Positions 63,610 through 64,000 of a stretch of 64,000 nucleotides of DNA are shown piece by piece (position 1 is the stretch's first letter; each line of letters opens with the position of its first letter). This DNA comes from Syntrophaceae bacterium UBA5744. Lineage in GTDB: Bacteria > Desulfobacterota > Syntrophia > Syntrophales > UBA2192. The translations under genes were made by a program, and so were the position numbers. The stretch spans positions 2,220-66,219 of the forward strand of contig DIFQ01000059.1 in assembly GCA_002419215.1 (NCBI GenBank), read 5' to 3'. Under the pieces are notes generated by a model, which was not told the origin of the DNA, made no database searches, and saw nothing but the letters and a program-made list of their open reading frames with translations.

Positions 63610-64000
63610 TTATCCCCTGCTCATGACCTGCGCCTTGACCTTCTCCACCCGGGCGATGATACCGGGCACATCGGCGGCGACCTCCTCGTGGCTGTACAGG
63701 AGGTCCTCCAGGTGGACATAGGCGCGCAAGTCGTCGGGACAGAGGTCCACGGCGGCCATGAACGCCCTCGCCGCCTCGTCGTAGCGGCCTTGTCCCTGGA
63801 GCGCGAGTCCCAGGTTTCTCAAGGCGTTGTGGCGCCGGGGGGCAATGTCGAAGGCGGCCCGGCAGTAGGATTCGGCCTCGCGGTGGCGCCCGCAGCGAAT
63901 CAGCGCGTGGCCGAGGTTGTTGTAGATGGAATACCAGGTGTCGTTTCGCGAAGGCGTCAGGTGGATCGCTTCCGAATAAGCGGCCGCGGCGGCCGCGTAA
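63610..64000 (-). CDS. TPR-repeat protein (C-terminal part; gene runs off the window)
   Basis: The reading frame stays open to position 64000. TPR-like repeats (NLGLALQGQGRYDEAARAF..). Confidence 0.7.
   Translation of the reverse strand, partial: YAAAAAAYSEAIHLTPSRNDTWYSIYNNLGHALIRCGRHREAESYCRAAFDIAPRRHNALRNLGLALQGQGRYDEAARAFMAAVDLCPDDLRAYVHLEDLLYSHEEVAADVPGIIARVEKVKAQVMSRG

Overview
GC-rich bacterial chromosomal segment (GC judged by eye, not computed). I infer a Desulfobacterota/deltaproteobacterial-type anaerobe from a Geobacter-like type IV pilin, three-part TRAP transporters, acyl-CoA metabolism genes and a Mla/MCE system. I call about 69 protein-coding genes. I found no rRNA, tRNA, CRISPR array, transposase or integrase. 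Recognisable modules are: a secreted PA2779-like/C39-like peptidase/TPR triad; a STAS-MlaE/MlaF/MlaD/PqiC-like transporter; an SPFH protein plus a double zinc-ribbon protein; a PAS-LuxR regulator; an ECF sigma/DUF3619/DUF3106 trio; tatA; lexA with a palindromic box; vapBC; pxpCBA with one TRAP transporter; a second TRAP operon with an SDR; two tandem membrane-anchored trypsin-like proteases; CDF and MFS transporters; and an orphan pilin. The most unusual signal is non-coding. Nearly every intergenic spacer carries short tandem arrays of 7-9 nt units (GGGTATC/CCCTATA, GGCTTGA, GAGTGYCT, GAAGAGC, CCTTTGA, GAAYAGAC and others). They often start at a stop codon and often come in pairs around an AT-rich spacer, some of which form long imperfect hairpins. 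One 157-bp member occurs twice at 155/157 identity, in inverted orientation, bracketing an 18.4-kb accessory-looking block. I also flag a perfect 26-bp inverted repeat, an orphan promoter+terminator pair (candidate sRNA), a terminator-like leader upstream of a TRAP operon, and several uncharacterised gene pairs. I saw no obvious canonical defence system. Protein family calls come from motif recognition by eye, not from database searches.
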